In this document: piece after piece, positions 39,151 to 52,957 of the stretch | Numbering within the stretch: the stretch's first letter is position 1 | How the letters are laid out: every line of letters starts with the position of its first letter | DNA from: Octopus vulgaris | Lineage: Eukaryota | DNA length: 64,000 nt | Direction: 5' to 3' | NCBI GenBank assembly: GCA_951406725.2 | Contig: OX597836.1 | Span: 6,324,001-6,388,000, forward strand | Made by a program: the position numbers and the translations under genes | The notes under the pieces: generated by a model | Told to the model about the DNA's origin: nothing | Databases searched by the model: none | Seen by the model: the letters and a program-made list of their open reading frames with translations, nothing else

Positions 39151-41199
39151 ATTTTTTCTTGACACAAAGATGCACATATTCCCATATTCAAGGGGAGACA
39201 AATTCAAAAGAATCTATGTCCAACCATTTAGAATATAGAACTCAAAGACAGGTCTGAGAATGAATAAAATATTTAAACCGTTATCATTAGTCTGACAAAA
39301 TATATTTTGTCTCACCTATGGCTGTTTTGTAACCAATGACTATGGATTAAATTATATATAACAAAGCTATGGATAGAAAAAGATCATGTCTTTATTTGTA
39401 GAATTTACCTTACAAAGCTGACAACTGTTTCTGTTCTATCAACATATTAAAGTATAGAGAATATTGAAAATATTGATATTATTATATCAGAAAATACATT
39501 ATCACATTTTCCAAAATTTGTTAAATTTTCAATCACCTGGAAAACATGTTAACAGGTATTTTCAGATGTATTAATTTCGATGATATTTTTCTATAAGAAT
39601 GTCTTGAAATTGTAAAGGATATTTGCTGGTGCCTGTTTGTTTAATATAGTTAACCAAATCTGTTTAGAACTGAATCCTTTATTGATATCAGCCTGGCTCT
39701 TTTAATCCCTATCATATATGCATGCACAGGAGTGGCTGTGTGGTAAGTAGCTTGCTTTACCAACCACATGCTTCTGGGTTCAGTCCCACACTGCATGGCA
39801 CCTTGGCTAAGTGTCCTCTACTATAACTTCAGGCCAACCAAAGCCTTGTGAGTGGATTTGGTAGACAGAAACTGAAAGAAGGCAGCAAGCTGGCAGAAAT
39901 GTTAGCACGCCAGGCAAAATTCTTAGCGGTATTTCCTCTGCCTTTACGTTCTGAGTTCAAATTCCGCCGAGGTCGACTTTGCCTTTCATCCTTTTGGGGT
40001 TGATAAATTAAGTACCAGTTACGCACTGGGGTCAATGTAATCGACTCAATCCCTTTGTCTGTCCTTATTTATCCCCTCGTGGGCAATAAAGAAATAAACT
40101 GAAAGAAGATATATATGTATGTATGTGTGTGTGTGTATTTGTGTGTCTGTTTGTCCCCCACCATCACTTGACAACTAATGCTGTTGTCTTTACATCCCAG
40201 TAACTTAGTGGTTCAGCAAAAGAGACCGATAGAATAAGTTCTGGGGTTGATTTGTTCAACTAAAGGCGGTGCTCCAGCATGGCTGCAGTCAGATGGCTGA
40301 AACAAATAAAAGAATATATATATATACATACGTACATATATATATATATATATATATACATACACACACACACTCACACATATATATGTGTGTATGTATG
40401 CATCTATCTGTGTTTGTCCCCACCCCATCTATCTATCTATCTATCTATCTATATATATATATATGAGGCCTGCTCACTTAGCCAGTGGGGTGGCGTCATT
40501 TGAAGGCTAAAACTGCGAAGCGCATTGTGACCAGCGATGTGTAGCAACATCTGATAGCCTGGTCGGTCACGGTGATATATGTATGTAGGTATGTATGTAT
40601 ACAACATGCTTCTTTCAGTTTCTGTCTACGAAATCAACTGACAAGGTTTTGGTAAGCCAGAGGCTATAGTAGAAGACACTTGCCGAAGGTGCCTTGCAGT
40701 GGGACTGAACCTGGGAACCATAGGATCGGGAATCAAAATTCTTACCACATATATGTGCCTATATGTTGATACATTTTACAAGTCTCATTAATTCTACATA
40801 TATTGTATCTATATTTATATGCCAGACTGTGAGAAAAATTTTGTAGGCGGAAATTATAGGAAAGCTCATCGGAAGGGCCCTTGTTGTCCTTGGGTGGGAG
40901 CCTAAATTCTAAATTATCACGATCACTTAGATCATAGGTGCTTTTACCAGAATCTTCTCTGCAGCAAGGTTTCTGACCTCAGAATAGCATCTGTCTTTCC
41001 TAGAGACCCTAGAACATTTTCATGGCTGCTCCACTTTCAACACTGTTTAAGTCACTTAAAAACAAGTCCGACTGTGTCAGTACATTTATGTAATTCATGA
41101 ATGTCCATAATATATAAAAGAGATAACACAGCAACAGGACACTCAGTTTAAAAAGTAATTTTTTTTATTATTTCATAGACAAATAAACAACTAAGAACA

Positions 41200-41396
41200 T
41201 TAATAACAATAACTGTATAATAGACGTGAACTGACTAAAAACAACAAGGACGGAATCTGACTAAGTGTGCTGGCAAGGTTCTTCTGTGCCTTTTTACTTT
41301 CTATCATGTTATCCACTATTTGCTCCAGAATATCCAGAGGGACACGTCCGTTCTCCAGGACAGCGGCATGGAAGTCCTTCAAGTCAAATTTATCAC
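41200..41396 (-). CDS. DUF885-family protein, terminal exon
   Basis: tgtag|GT; GDKFDLKDFHAAVLENGRVPLDILEQIV (DUF885 C-terminal F..FH..VL..G.VPL..LE motif), then a hydrophobic tail, TAA, and AATAAA about 35 nt downstream. Confidence 0.93.
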
Positions 41397-42360
41397 CTAC
41401 AAAAGAAGAAAAAACATATATATATATTTATGTATGCATATATATTTATGTATATATATATATATATGTATACATATATATATGTGTGTGTGTATATATA
41501 TATATATGTATGTATATATATATATGTATGTATACATACCCACACATCACACACATATACGTATATAGAAAGCAACTAGCAATTGAAAATGCGTACAAAA
41601 GACGTTCAAAGTTAATATTATCAGACTGACACTCAAGGAAGGAATAAAAAGCTTTAACGTTTCGGATATAGTCTTTCTTCAGACACTAAAAAGAGAAACT
41701 AGTAGAAACTGGGAAGAGAAAAAACGATATTGAAAATATACTTGGGTTAAGTTATTATGATCGACCTATGATTATAAATAAATATATATACTTATATATA
41801 CATACATTCATATGTACAGAGAGAGATATGTATGTATATATAGAGAGATATGTATGTATATATATATATATATGTACGTATGTATCTATGTAAATATATA
41901 TAGATATGTAGAAATTTTGCTTTAAATATCTTTTTAATGTTCATAATCTGTGGTATATGTAATTTTATTTATAGCATGTCATCATATGTCTTTTGATTAC
42001 AGTATATAAGTAACAAGGATATCATGGTATTAATGCAATGCGGCCGTTTCAGGCGGCTCCATTTCATAGAACAATGTAAGCGTTTCATCATTTTGAAATG
42101 CAGCACCGTCTTCAGAGCCCGACACAACTCCAAAGTATGATTCAGTAGAGTGAATTATAAAAGTAACGTTTTAAATTAGAAAAGGAGACATCAAATTGAC
42201 ACTACAATTGTTTTTGTGAACGGACGATATCCTTTATTCTATATATTTCATATAATGTTATGTAATCCAAACAATGTTATGTAATAATATAAATGATATA
42301 TGGAAATGCGTAACAATTTTATAGTCCATTCGCTTTCTCAAAAGTCATGATTTGAAAGTA

Positions 42361-42407
<47 letters not shown>

Positions 42408-42614
42408 ACACACACACACACGCACACACACAGATGAGATCGTCAAGGCTGGAACCTCTTTGGTCATAAATCTGGCCGATGGGAACTAACCTGGAACTAA
42501 ATTATAAAGGCCATTAACATTGTAAACTCGAGTGGTGGGTTAAACAAAAACTCCCTTAAAAATAAGAACGACAATGTAAAGAAAAAATATGGAAGAACGC
42601 ATCCATCACTGTAC

Positions 42615-42784
42615 CTAAGGCTTTCTCAGCTTTCCTTCGCAGTTCTCGAATCTTCAATTCTCCGAATTTATAAGCACAGGCCTGACCTGGGATGGTAATG
42701 TAGCGGTCAATCTCAATTGATGCTTGCTTCTCACTGAGGCCTGTGAAGTTGGTCAGGAGATCGATTCCATGCTGCCGAGTCATT
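42615..42784 (-). CDS. DUF885-family protein exon
   Basis: ctcag|A...G|gtacag; 170 nt; [33 protein letters not shown], the hallmark E..RY...PGQA..YK.G motif. Confidence 0.95.
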
Positions 42785-42831
42785 CTGAGAGGTTAAAAGA
42801 AAAAGAACAAGTGGATGAGGAAGAGAGAGAG

Positions 42832-43175
42832 AGAGACAGTTTCGTCGCTCTGACCGCATCTCGGGCAGGTCGGCCCCGTGTTTCTCGAGCCATGTCTGCA
42901 GAGCTTATTCCGAACGGGTAGTGCTTCTCGGTAACACTGACAGGCCAGGGATCTCTGGAAGTGGTCCATAGGTCCCGGCTCGAAAGTTGTTTTGAACAGG
43001 CGGGTCGGGTATTCCTCGTCGACGCCCAGGTTCGCCCCGAGATCGCCGTCGTACCTCCCCATCGCTAAGCCCCTATAGAATGCCTTGGTTGTGATACAGT
43101 CGCTCGAGGTCGAACCGGGGCGGCATTGTTGCTCGAGAGTAACGCGACACACGCGCTTCCATTCGCCCTTCCTCG
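42832..43175 (-). mobile_element. Tx1/L1-clade LINE fragment (C-terminal zf-RVT region)
   Basis: GC-rich island; ALPVRNKLCRHG...TCPRCGQSDETV motif. Confidence 0.75.
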
Positions 43176-43308
43176 TAAGCCGAGTACTTATTCTATCGGC
43201 CTCTCTTTTGCCGAACCGCCAAGTTACTGGGAATAAACACACCAACATCGGTTGTCAAGTGATGGTGAGGGGACAAACACAGACACACAAACATACACAC
43301 ACACGTAC

Positions 43309-43346
<38 letters not shown>

Positions 43347-43920
43347 TTATATATGTATATATATATATATATATACATATATACATATATACGACGGGCT
43401 TCTTTCAGTTTCTGTCAATCAAATCCACTCACAAGGCTTTAGTCAGCCCGAGGCTATAGTAGAAAACACTTGCCCAAGGTGCCACGCAGTGGGAGTGAAC
43501 CCGAAACCATGTAGTTACCAACTACATGCGCCTATTTATTTTTTTATTTTATAAAAACACAGACACACAAACATATACATACATATACATACATACATAC
43601 ATACATACATACACACACACACAGACACACACACACACACACATATAAATATATACATATATACGACGGGCTTCTTCCAGTTTCTGTCCACCAAATCCAC
43701 TCACAAGGCTCTGGTCGGCCCGAGGCTATAGTAGAAAACACTTGCCCAAGGTGCCACGCAGTGGGACTGAACCCGAAACCATGTAGTTGGTAAACAAGCT
43801 ACTTACCACACAGCCACTCCTGCGCTTATGTATGTCTGTCCTTGCGATTTATTATCACAAGCTGACTTCTTTAAACCTATAATTCCCAAGGAACTGAGAT
43901 GGAAACCTTTGAATACTCAC

Positions 43921-43992
43921 TGTTTTGCATGGATTCCTGTATCAATGACCAGACGATAAGCTCGCAAAAGCTCAAACGCATAACGACCGATC
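43921..43992 (-). CDS. DUF885-family protein exon
   Basis: tgtag|G...CA|gtgagt; 72 nt; IGRYAFELLRAYRLVIDTGIHAK. Confidence 0.95.
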
Positions 43993-44662
43993 CTACAACA
44001 AAAAAAAAATTAAATGAAATATGAGAACATGATTTTCGTTTGTAACAAACCAAATAAACCATTTTTTAAAATCTTTTACTTGTTTCACTCATTGGTCTGC
44101 GCCCATTATGGGGGCATTGCCTTGAAGGGTTTTTTTTAAAACAACTTAACTTCAGTACTTAATAGGCGAAGACGTAGCTGCGTGGTTAAGGAGCTCGTTT
44201 TGTATTCTTGTGGTTCCGAGTTCAGTGTCATTGCGTGGCACACTCAGAAAGTGTCGTCTACTATAGAGCTTGGCAGACTAATGCCTCAAGAGTAAATTTG
44301 GTTGACGGTGACTGTGCGGAAGCCCGTCATATACATGTATGTATGTATGTATGTATGTATGTATGTATGTATGTTTGTATGTGTGTGTGTGTGTGCGTGT
44401 GGATGTGTGTGGCATGTTTGTCTTTGTTCCACGCACCGCTTGACAACCGGTGTTTGCTTACGTCCTTGTAACTTAGAAGTTCGGCAAAAAGAGACCTTTA
44501 GAATAAATACCAAACTTAAAAACAAAACTTCATAAGCACTGCGGTCGTTTTGTTCGAGCAAACATTTCCAAGCAGTGCCCCAGCATGGCCTCAGTCCATT
44601 GACAAAAGAACAAGTAAAAGATGGAAGTTAAAAGACAGAAATAAGAATCCTTTTATTCCTAC

Positions 44663-44727
44663 CGGTCATAATCTGTTTTGTAAATCCCCATCTCTTCTCC
44701 AAGGAACTCCGAGTAAAGGCCCCAACC
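44663..44727 (-). CDS. DUF885-family protein exon
   Basis: ttcag|GGT...CG|gtagga; 65 nt; GWGLYSEFLGEEMGIYKTDYD (completes the EGWxLYxE motif). Confidence 0.93.
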
Positions 44728-44832
44728 CTGAAATAGAAATCATACGTTTATACAGTTCTACATTTAACAGGGGTCGATAAAATCATACGTTTATACAGTT
44801 CTACATTTAATCGGGGTCGATAAAATAAGTAC

Positions 44833-44916
<84 letters not shown>

Positions 44917-44999
44917 CACTGAAGCAAAATAACAATATAGTGCGTGTGTTTTTATTGGCTAAACTGGCAAAATGACCATTCCGAAATATAACAATATAT

Positions 45000-45049
<50 letters not shown>

Positions 45050-45200
45050 TCATCATCATCATCATCGTTTAACGTCCGCTTTCCATGCTAGCATGGGTTG
45101 GACAATAATAGTTACTGAATCTCAGTCTTTTATGCGCTAGACCACTGGTGTTTTAATTGATATTATTAAATTAATATCCAATTTTTTCACCCTCATTTTG

Positions 45201-45263
<63 letters not shown>

Positions 45264-45700
45264 TATACGCGTGCTTGCCCGCTAATTGTATCAGTCGACT
45301 ACTAAGACTCATGTTTTCTGTGGAGTAATTTTGCGCAGTGGTTGACTGAGTACACATAGTACCCCAGGCTGTTTAACCCCAACACTGATAAATGTCCTTA
45401 GGCGGCCAATTCATGCGTCTGAGCTGCTATTTTATTCTACTGACCTCGGAACATTAAATAGCAATTTCACCACCTCTGTAAGATTTGAACACAGAACGTA
45501 AATATCCAGAACAATTACCACCAGATTTCATTTGCAAATACTTCATCATTTTCCCCAAATCACCGTGCACGAGTTATTATTATAATTTATCTCATCCCGG
45601 TTTGATGAGAGACAAAGTCAATCTCGGTGGATCAAAGGGGTGGATTTGAACCCAGAGCGTAGATACGACACACTGATGTTTATGTAGAAGGATGACTTAC

Positions 45701-45808
45701 CTCAACAAATGCCGTGTAGAAAGGGAACTGATATGGAATCATGAAATAGTCATTGAGACTGCCTTTGGTCCTCCAAGACTGTTGTTTGGATCTGGCGAGG
45801 TAACTGGA
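45701..45808 (-). CDS. DUF885-family protein exon
   Basis: tccag|TCC...GAG|gtaagt; 108 nt; SSYLARSKQQSWRTKGSLNDYFMIPYQFPFYTAFVE. Confidence 0.9.
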
Positions 45809-45928
45809 CTGGAAAGTAGAAAGAGTTGGCGTTTAGATAAAGAGAACGATGTATAAATATATATACATTCGTGCATACATGCACACATACGTGCATACAT
45901 ATAAATGCATACATATACATACACACAC

Positions 45929-45988
<60 letters not shown>

Positions 45989-46242
45989 ACAGTTTACGAA
46001 AAAAAACAAAAGACGAAGACAGGTGGTGTAGAAAACAAACAGATGTATTAGTATAATGCTCAGGAATAGAAAAAGTCCTTTACGTTTCGAGCCTACGCTC
46101 TTCTACAGAGAGGGACACAAAAAACAAGGAGAGAAAAAAGAAAAAAAAGGAGAGAAAAAAATGCGTGTAGTGGCTAACGATCTATCATGGCGACTATATA
46201 TATATATATATATAGTGTGTGTGTATTTATATATACATATAA

Positions 46243-46289
<47 letters not shown>

Positions 46290-46770
46290 CATACATATAT
46301 ACACACACACATAGATATACACTCACACACACAAGCATACATATACATACATAAATACATACATATATATGGGTATTTACAGACACATGAATACATACAT
46401 ATATTTCATATTTAATATGGTGAGCACGTGTGTGCGTGTATGTGTGCGTATGTGCGTGCGTAAGTGTGTGTATGTGCGTGCGTGTATGTTTGTATGTGTG
46501 TGTAAGTGTGTGATATTTGGTCTCATTGATCAACTGCTGAAAACAAATCTTTTACTGATTGTGAGACCCCAATAATTTCGATGGCATTTGCTTTGCTGGT
46601 TGGTTTGTGGAGTGGTGGACTAGGGGGCCGAGGTGTGAGAGATGTATTCGCCTATCTTTCATTAACTGCGTCTTATCGCTTGACCTTTTAGAAACAGCAG
46701 CAAGATCTTTTGGAATGACATCTTAAAATAAAGGACATCGGGACAAACTGATATAAAAAGACATATGTAC

Positions 46771-46907
<137 letters not shown>

Positions 46908-47123
46908 TTTTGTTTATTCTTGATATGTCTTGAATATGTTTCACTGATGAACAAAAGACGTAGATAATACGTTAATTGCGAAATCACAGGTGATCTGGAA
47001 CTAAATTCTGTTTTTAAATGTCTTGCTTCGAGAGCTGCATTCGGCACGATTCGTTTATTTTTTGGTAGTAATGACTTTGAAAGTCCCTCCTAGCGTGTGG
47101 CATTTATGTGTAATAGTGCTCTC

Positions 47124-47197
<74 letters not shown>

Positions 47198-47550
47198 TTT
47201 ATTCTATCACTTGTTTCAGTCATTTGACTGTGGCCATGCTGGAGCACCGCATTTAGTCGAAAAATGGACCTCAGGACTTATTCTTTGTAAGCCAAATACT
47301 TATTCTATCGGTCTCTTAAGCCCTGTACGATCATTGACGGCTCAGGAGGGGGTTTGGAAGCGATTTTATGATTACTCGTTTTGACCTAATACTGCATTTC
47401 TTGCACTTCTAGCTTTCAATTGTTTTCCATCTTTACACACACACACATGCACACACGTGTGTGTGTGGGGGGACCTTTATTTGTTCCATTTTCAGAAATA
47501 ACCACTATCATCACCATCATCATCATCATCATCATCACCATCACCATCAC

Positions 47551-47589
<39 letters not shown>

Positions 47590-47739
47590 TAATCAATAAA
47601 CCTAACGTTTCAGGTTCCTAATATTTCTGGGTTCAGTCACACTTTGTGGCATCTTGGACAAGTGTCGTCTACTATAGCCTAGGGCTGATCAAAGTCTTTT
47701 GAGTGAATTTGGTAGACAGAAACTGAAAGAAGCCCGCCT

Positions 47740-47797
<58 letters not shown>

Positions 47798-49679
47798 TCT
47801 GTGTGTGTTTGTTTGTCCCTCCACCATTGCTTTGCAATCGGTGTTGGTGTGTTTACGTCCCCATAACTTAGCGATTCGTCAAAAGAGACCGATAGAATGA
47901 GTACCAAGCTTAAAAAAAAATTTTTTAATAAATAGAGCTCGAGTCATTCCACTAAAAAATTCTTGAAGGCGGTGCCCCAGCTTGGCCGTAATGACTGAAG
48001 CAAGTACCAAGATAAAAACGATATGTGAGAATGGCATTGAGATAAGAAACAGATAAAAGGAGATGACGACGACGACGATGATGGTGATGACGAGGATGAT
48101 GATGACGACGATGATGATGATGATGACGATGATGATGACGACGATGATAACGATGATGATGACGGCGTTGACGACGACGACGATGATGATGATGATGATG
48201 ATGATGATGACGACGACGACGACGACGTCGATGATGATGATGATGACGTTGACGACGATGATGACAACGATGGCATTTCTCACCATTCCACCTTCTGTCA
48301 GCAGTGATTAGACAGATCTGAGTTCAAAGACATTTCGTTCCCCCAGCCACCCCACCCCACCCCACTCCTTTTATATCAGTTTGTCCCGTATGTCCTTTAG
48401 TTTAAGATGCGGTGCCAAGACTTAACTGCTATTTCTAAAAGGTCGGGTGATAAGGTAAGGTTAATGACAGATAGGTAATATATCCCACCCTTCTCCCCCA
48501 CCCCATCCTCCCCAGTCACCATTCTAGAACTGAGAAACAAACAAACCAAATACCATTTAAGTGCTGCAAGAAATACCGTGGTGGTGGTGGGGGGGGGCAC
48601 TTGGCCCCCTGACTCTCTAACAAATCCGTCAATTCAACGTTTCATATTGAACCATTACGTTTATATTGTGAAGGCGCATGGCTAAGTGGTTAGAGCATCG
48701 GACTAATAAACATGAGGTAGTGAGTTCGAATCCCGAATCGAGCTGTCTTGAGTTCTTGGGCGAGACACTTTATTCCACGTTGCTCCAGTTCACTCGGCAG
48801 TAGAAATGAGTTGTGACGTCACTGGTGCCAAGCTGTATCGGCCCCTTTGCCTTTCCCTTGGATAATACTGGTGGCGTGGAGAGGGGACGCCGGTATGCAT
48901 GGGTGACTACTGGTCTTCCATAAACAACCCTGCCTATACACGTGCCTCGGAGGGGAACTTTCCAGGTGCAATCCCATGGTCAGTCATCACCGAAGGGGGT
49001 CTTTACTCTTTACTCATTCCTTTTATTTTGAAGTGAGAGGAAAATAAAATAAAATATAATAAAAAATAAAAGCTAAAAAAATAGATTGGTTTTAGCTGGG
49101 ACCCCTTTGATTATAAATCTGCTCGGTTAGGGTTGAACTGGCGCTAAGCAACAACAAAGCAACAACGACTCGGAAAAATGAAAGTCAAAGTTGACCCTAG
49201 TGGGATTTGAACTCACAACATAAAGAACCAAAAGAACGACTGCAATGTATTTTATTAGTAGGTTCTATGCAGCGGTTTTCAACCGGGGCCTAATGATGGG
49301 CGTGGAGCTTCATGATGGGCGTGGAGCAAAATGTACAAATGATTTCAACAATGCCGGTGAGATAACTCCAGATTAAGATTTACTGTTGTTTCGTCTGGCG
49401 AATTATCAGAATCGCAAGAAGAAGAAAAAAGAAATTTACTTGTAAAATTATTGCTTACATAACCTTAACGATGAGAAGCGATGGGCGGGAACGATATGCT
49501 AAGGAAAGGTCGAATGGGAACGAGAGTAAACTCTTGGAGTAGTTTATGATGTTATGAAATAGCACAGCTAAGAATATAAAAGATGATCACAGATTAGAAA
49601 CAAAAAATGAAATGAAATAAGATTAAGATAGATTCGAAAAATAAAATAAAATAAAATGAAACAGAATACGATGTAATAA

Positions 49680-50045
49680 GATAAACTGGTACTTAATTTA
49701 TCGACTCCGAAAGGCTTAAATTTCATTTTTATTCTAAATACAAGGCCCGAAATTTTGGAGGAGGGGGCCAGTCGATTAGATCGACCCCAGTACGCAACTT
49801 GTACCTGATTTATCTACCCCGAAAGGTTTAAATATTCTTTTCTACTCTAGGTACAGAGCCCGAAAATTTTGAGGAGTGAGCCAGTCGATGAGATCGACCC
49901 CAGTACGCAAATAGCATTTTATTTATCGACCCCGAAAGGTTTAAATATTTTTTTTCCACTCTAGGCACAAGGACCTAAATTTTGAGGGAGGGGGCCAGTC
50001 GATGAGATCGACTCCTGTACGCAACTAGTACTTAATTTATCGACC
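49680..50045. repeat. Tandem array of four ~90-bp SINE-derived units
   Basis: Unit ATTTATCGACCCCGAAAGGTTTAAA...GCCAGTCGATxAGATCGACCCCAGTACGCAA repeated head to tail. Confidence 0.8.
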
Positions 50046-50114
50046 TCCAAAGGGTGAAAGGCAACGTCGATCTCGGCGGTATTTGAACTCAGAACGTAGC
50101 AGCAGACGAAATGC

Positions 50115-50342
50115 CTATTTCTTTACTACCCACAAGGGGCTAAACACAGAGAGGACAAACAAGGACAGACAAACGGATTAAGTCGATTATATCGACCCCA
50201 GTGCGTAACTGGTACTTATTTAATCGACCTCGAAAGGATGAAAGGCAAAGTCGACCTCGGCGGAATTCGAACTCAGAACGTAGCGGCAGACGAAATACCG
50301 CTAAGCGTTTCGCCCGGCGTGCTAACGTTTCTGCCAGCTCAC
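50115..50342 (-). mobile_element. SINE family C (GAGCTGGCAGAAACGTTAGCAC...); further copies at 6640-6876, 18445-18675, 39885-40095 and others
   Basis: Near-identical dispersed copies; several flanked by TSDs (e.g. AAACTGAAAGAAG at about 39869 and 40096). Confidence 0.85.
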
Positions 50343-51101
50343 CATCATAATGAATAATCTTATTTATTAGGTCGTCCGATATATTCGTCTGTTTCTTTCC
50401 TACGTTATTTGAATTAATACTAAAAACATATTAATTCAAACGTGTTTTAGGGTTTTGTAGCTCACTCCATCATCTACAACGTTTATTTATCATTTACGAA
50501 ATTTGAATAAATTTTACCACGTTTGGTATGTATGTGAGGCGCAATGGCCCAGTGGTTAGGGCAGCGGACTCGCGGTCATAGGATCGCGGTTTCGATTCCC
50601 AGACCGGGCGTTGTGAGTGTTTATTGAGCGAAAACACCTAATGCTCCACGAGGCTCGGCAGGGGATGGTGGTGATCCCTGCAGTACTCTTTCACCACAAC
50701 TTTCTCTCACTCTTACTTCCTGTTTCTGTTGTACCTGTATTTCAAGGGGCCGGCCTTGTCACTCTCTGTGTCACGCTGAATATCCCCGAGAACTACGTTA
50801 AGGGTACACGGTCTGTGGAGTGCTCAGCCACTTACACGTTAATTTCACGAGCAGGCTGTTCCGTTGATTCGGATCAACCGGAACCCTCATCGTCGTAACC
50901 GACGGAGTGCTTTTCTTCCTCCATGTATGTATACAGAAGCATATTTTGTTGAATAGTTGCAGATTAAGCATTGATCGCTTTACTTGACGAACCAAGTGAG
51001 GGTGAAACTTAGTCGTATATGTGGTGGACAGGCAATCAACCTCACACACATAAACACGTCGTGTGCCTGCAGAATATCTAAAGGGTTCAGAGGAAACTTA
51101 C

Positions 51102-51162
51102 TTGAAAGTGGTGACCTGGAACTGCCTCATGTAGCGCTAGGGCACTCATCTCGTAGGTGGGC
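51102..51162 (-). CDS. DUF885-family protein exon with the HExxPGHH motif
   Basis: gacag|G...CAA|gtaagt; 61 nt; PTYEMSALALHEAVPGHHFQ. Confidence 0.95.
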
Positions 51163-51639
51163 CTGTCATATTTGAAGAAAATCGGGAGAGATAACATAAA
51201 GAGGGAGAAATACAAAAAAATCAGTGATAGTAATAGATAGACATGAATATGTATATTATTTTAATCTCTCCTCCCCCTCTCTGTTGCTATTCTTATTCTC
51301 ACTCAGGCATTGTTACATGCGAGTAAGTCGTAGTCTAAATTAAGAGGAAATTAATGATTAATTTAATGAGACGTTAAACCAGTGCTCCAAAGATAATGCT
51401 ACAACACTTTCTCAAGGAATTTAGCGTTTTGCTGATGCATACATACGTACATACACACATACATAAATACATACATACATATGTATATATACATATATAA
51501 TTATATATAATATATATGCATAGACACATACAAGTACATACATTCATAATTACATATGCACGCACACACACGAACACACACAAAGACACATATGTGTTTG
51601 ATTAGTAATGTAAGATTCGTAACATGAATAACGTCCAAA

Positions 51640-52320
51640 GAATACTTAAGTCAGATATCAGAGTCGTAAAGTTATATAATAATAATATATAGAAGAATTC
51701 CGATGAAATAAGAAAAAAAAAAGCTTTACATGATCCACAGAGATATCTACAGCAGGCTCCTAATAAAAATTATCGTACACAATTTCAGGAAAGCCCTCGT
51801 TAATTCTTATGAAGCTATCAACAATACTAGATAAGAATGAAAATGCTTACCCAAACATGAAACCTTACGTTACACTGAAAGACCATAAAAGTACTTCAGT
51901 GCAAACCTCATATGCAGGCTTAGAAATATTGTGAATTATGAACTCACGCAGTTTAGTAAGAAGACATTATAGAATGCCAATGAAATCATTTGGAAAGCAA
52001 GCAACGTGATGCAATGAAATAGAAGCAAAATTATTGTTAGTTGGTTCCATAGTATGAGGGTTAAATAGAAGAGCAATTTCACTCGTTTTGATGTTAATTT
52101 CTGTCGATAAATTTACAAATCACTTTCCATTACGGCGTTACTTTCAGCAGAAGGTATTTCATCATCGGAAAGAACGGTGTGTGTGCGTGAAGTATTATTC
52201 ATACGAGAAAGAATATATATTTTGACTTTGACTCGGCGTAGCTAACGGATATACAAGATCTATTTCCTGTCAGAATGAGTAAATTTGACGGAGCTGACGT
52301 GTGAGAATTGAGTTGATTAT
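51640..52320 (+). mobile_element. Degenerate Penelope-like (Naiad/Neptune-type) reverse transcriptase fragment
   Basis: Broken frames read PYVTLKDHK, ICRL, SWF, FTRFDV and LFPVRMSKFDGADV*EL, matching PLE RT motifs ITLKDHK/CRLI/FDI/FDVTMGSFDGAEVCEL; many stops and frameshifts. Confidence 0.75.
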
Positions 52321-52494
52321 AAACCTTCAGGGCCGTGTAGCAAGAATCTTGCATCTCAGCCACATGGCTCTGGGCTCAGTCTCTACTGCGCGGCGTCTTG
52401 TCAAGAGTCTTCAATTATAACTTAAGGACCGGCCAAAGACGAGTAAATTTGGTAGACGGAAACTGAAGGGAGTCCGTAATATACACACACACAC

Positions 52495-52529
<35 letters not shown>

Positions 52530-52530
52530 A

Positions 52531-52581
<51 letters not shown>

Positions 52582-52746
52582 ATATATATATATATAATAA
52601 TATATATATATATATATATGTAAAAGTAAAAAAATACACAAACTGGGACAAGAACGTGAAACATTTAGAAGACGACAAAAAACACGGACGGGACTTTCGA
52701 AGCTCTCAGTCATCAGTCAAGAACCAGATCATCTTCGCAATTTCGG

Positions 52747-52819
<73 letters not shown>

Positions 52820-52849
52820 CATGAAACCGTATATATTTAAAATACAAAC

Positions 52850-52957
52850 ATTTCCAACGGCCTCATAACATTGAGTCCGAATACTCCTTTAGTTTGACCA
52901 TTCATCCTGACCACGTTGTACACAGCTGCCGGTCCATCCGTCTGCGTCGGCGCGATT
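52850..52957 (-). CDS. DUF885-family protein exon
   Basis: tacag|A...AT|gtttgt; 108 nt; IAPTQTDGPAAVYNVVRMNGQTKGVFGLNVMRPLE; phases fit. Confidence 0.85.

Noticed and set aside
49680-50045. Regularly spaced repeats resembling a CRISPR array
   Set aside because: Whole units are homologous with no unique spacers, they derive from a SINE, the context is eukaryotic, and there are no cas genes.
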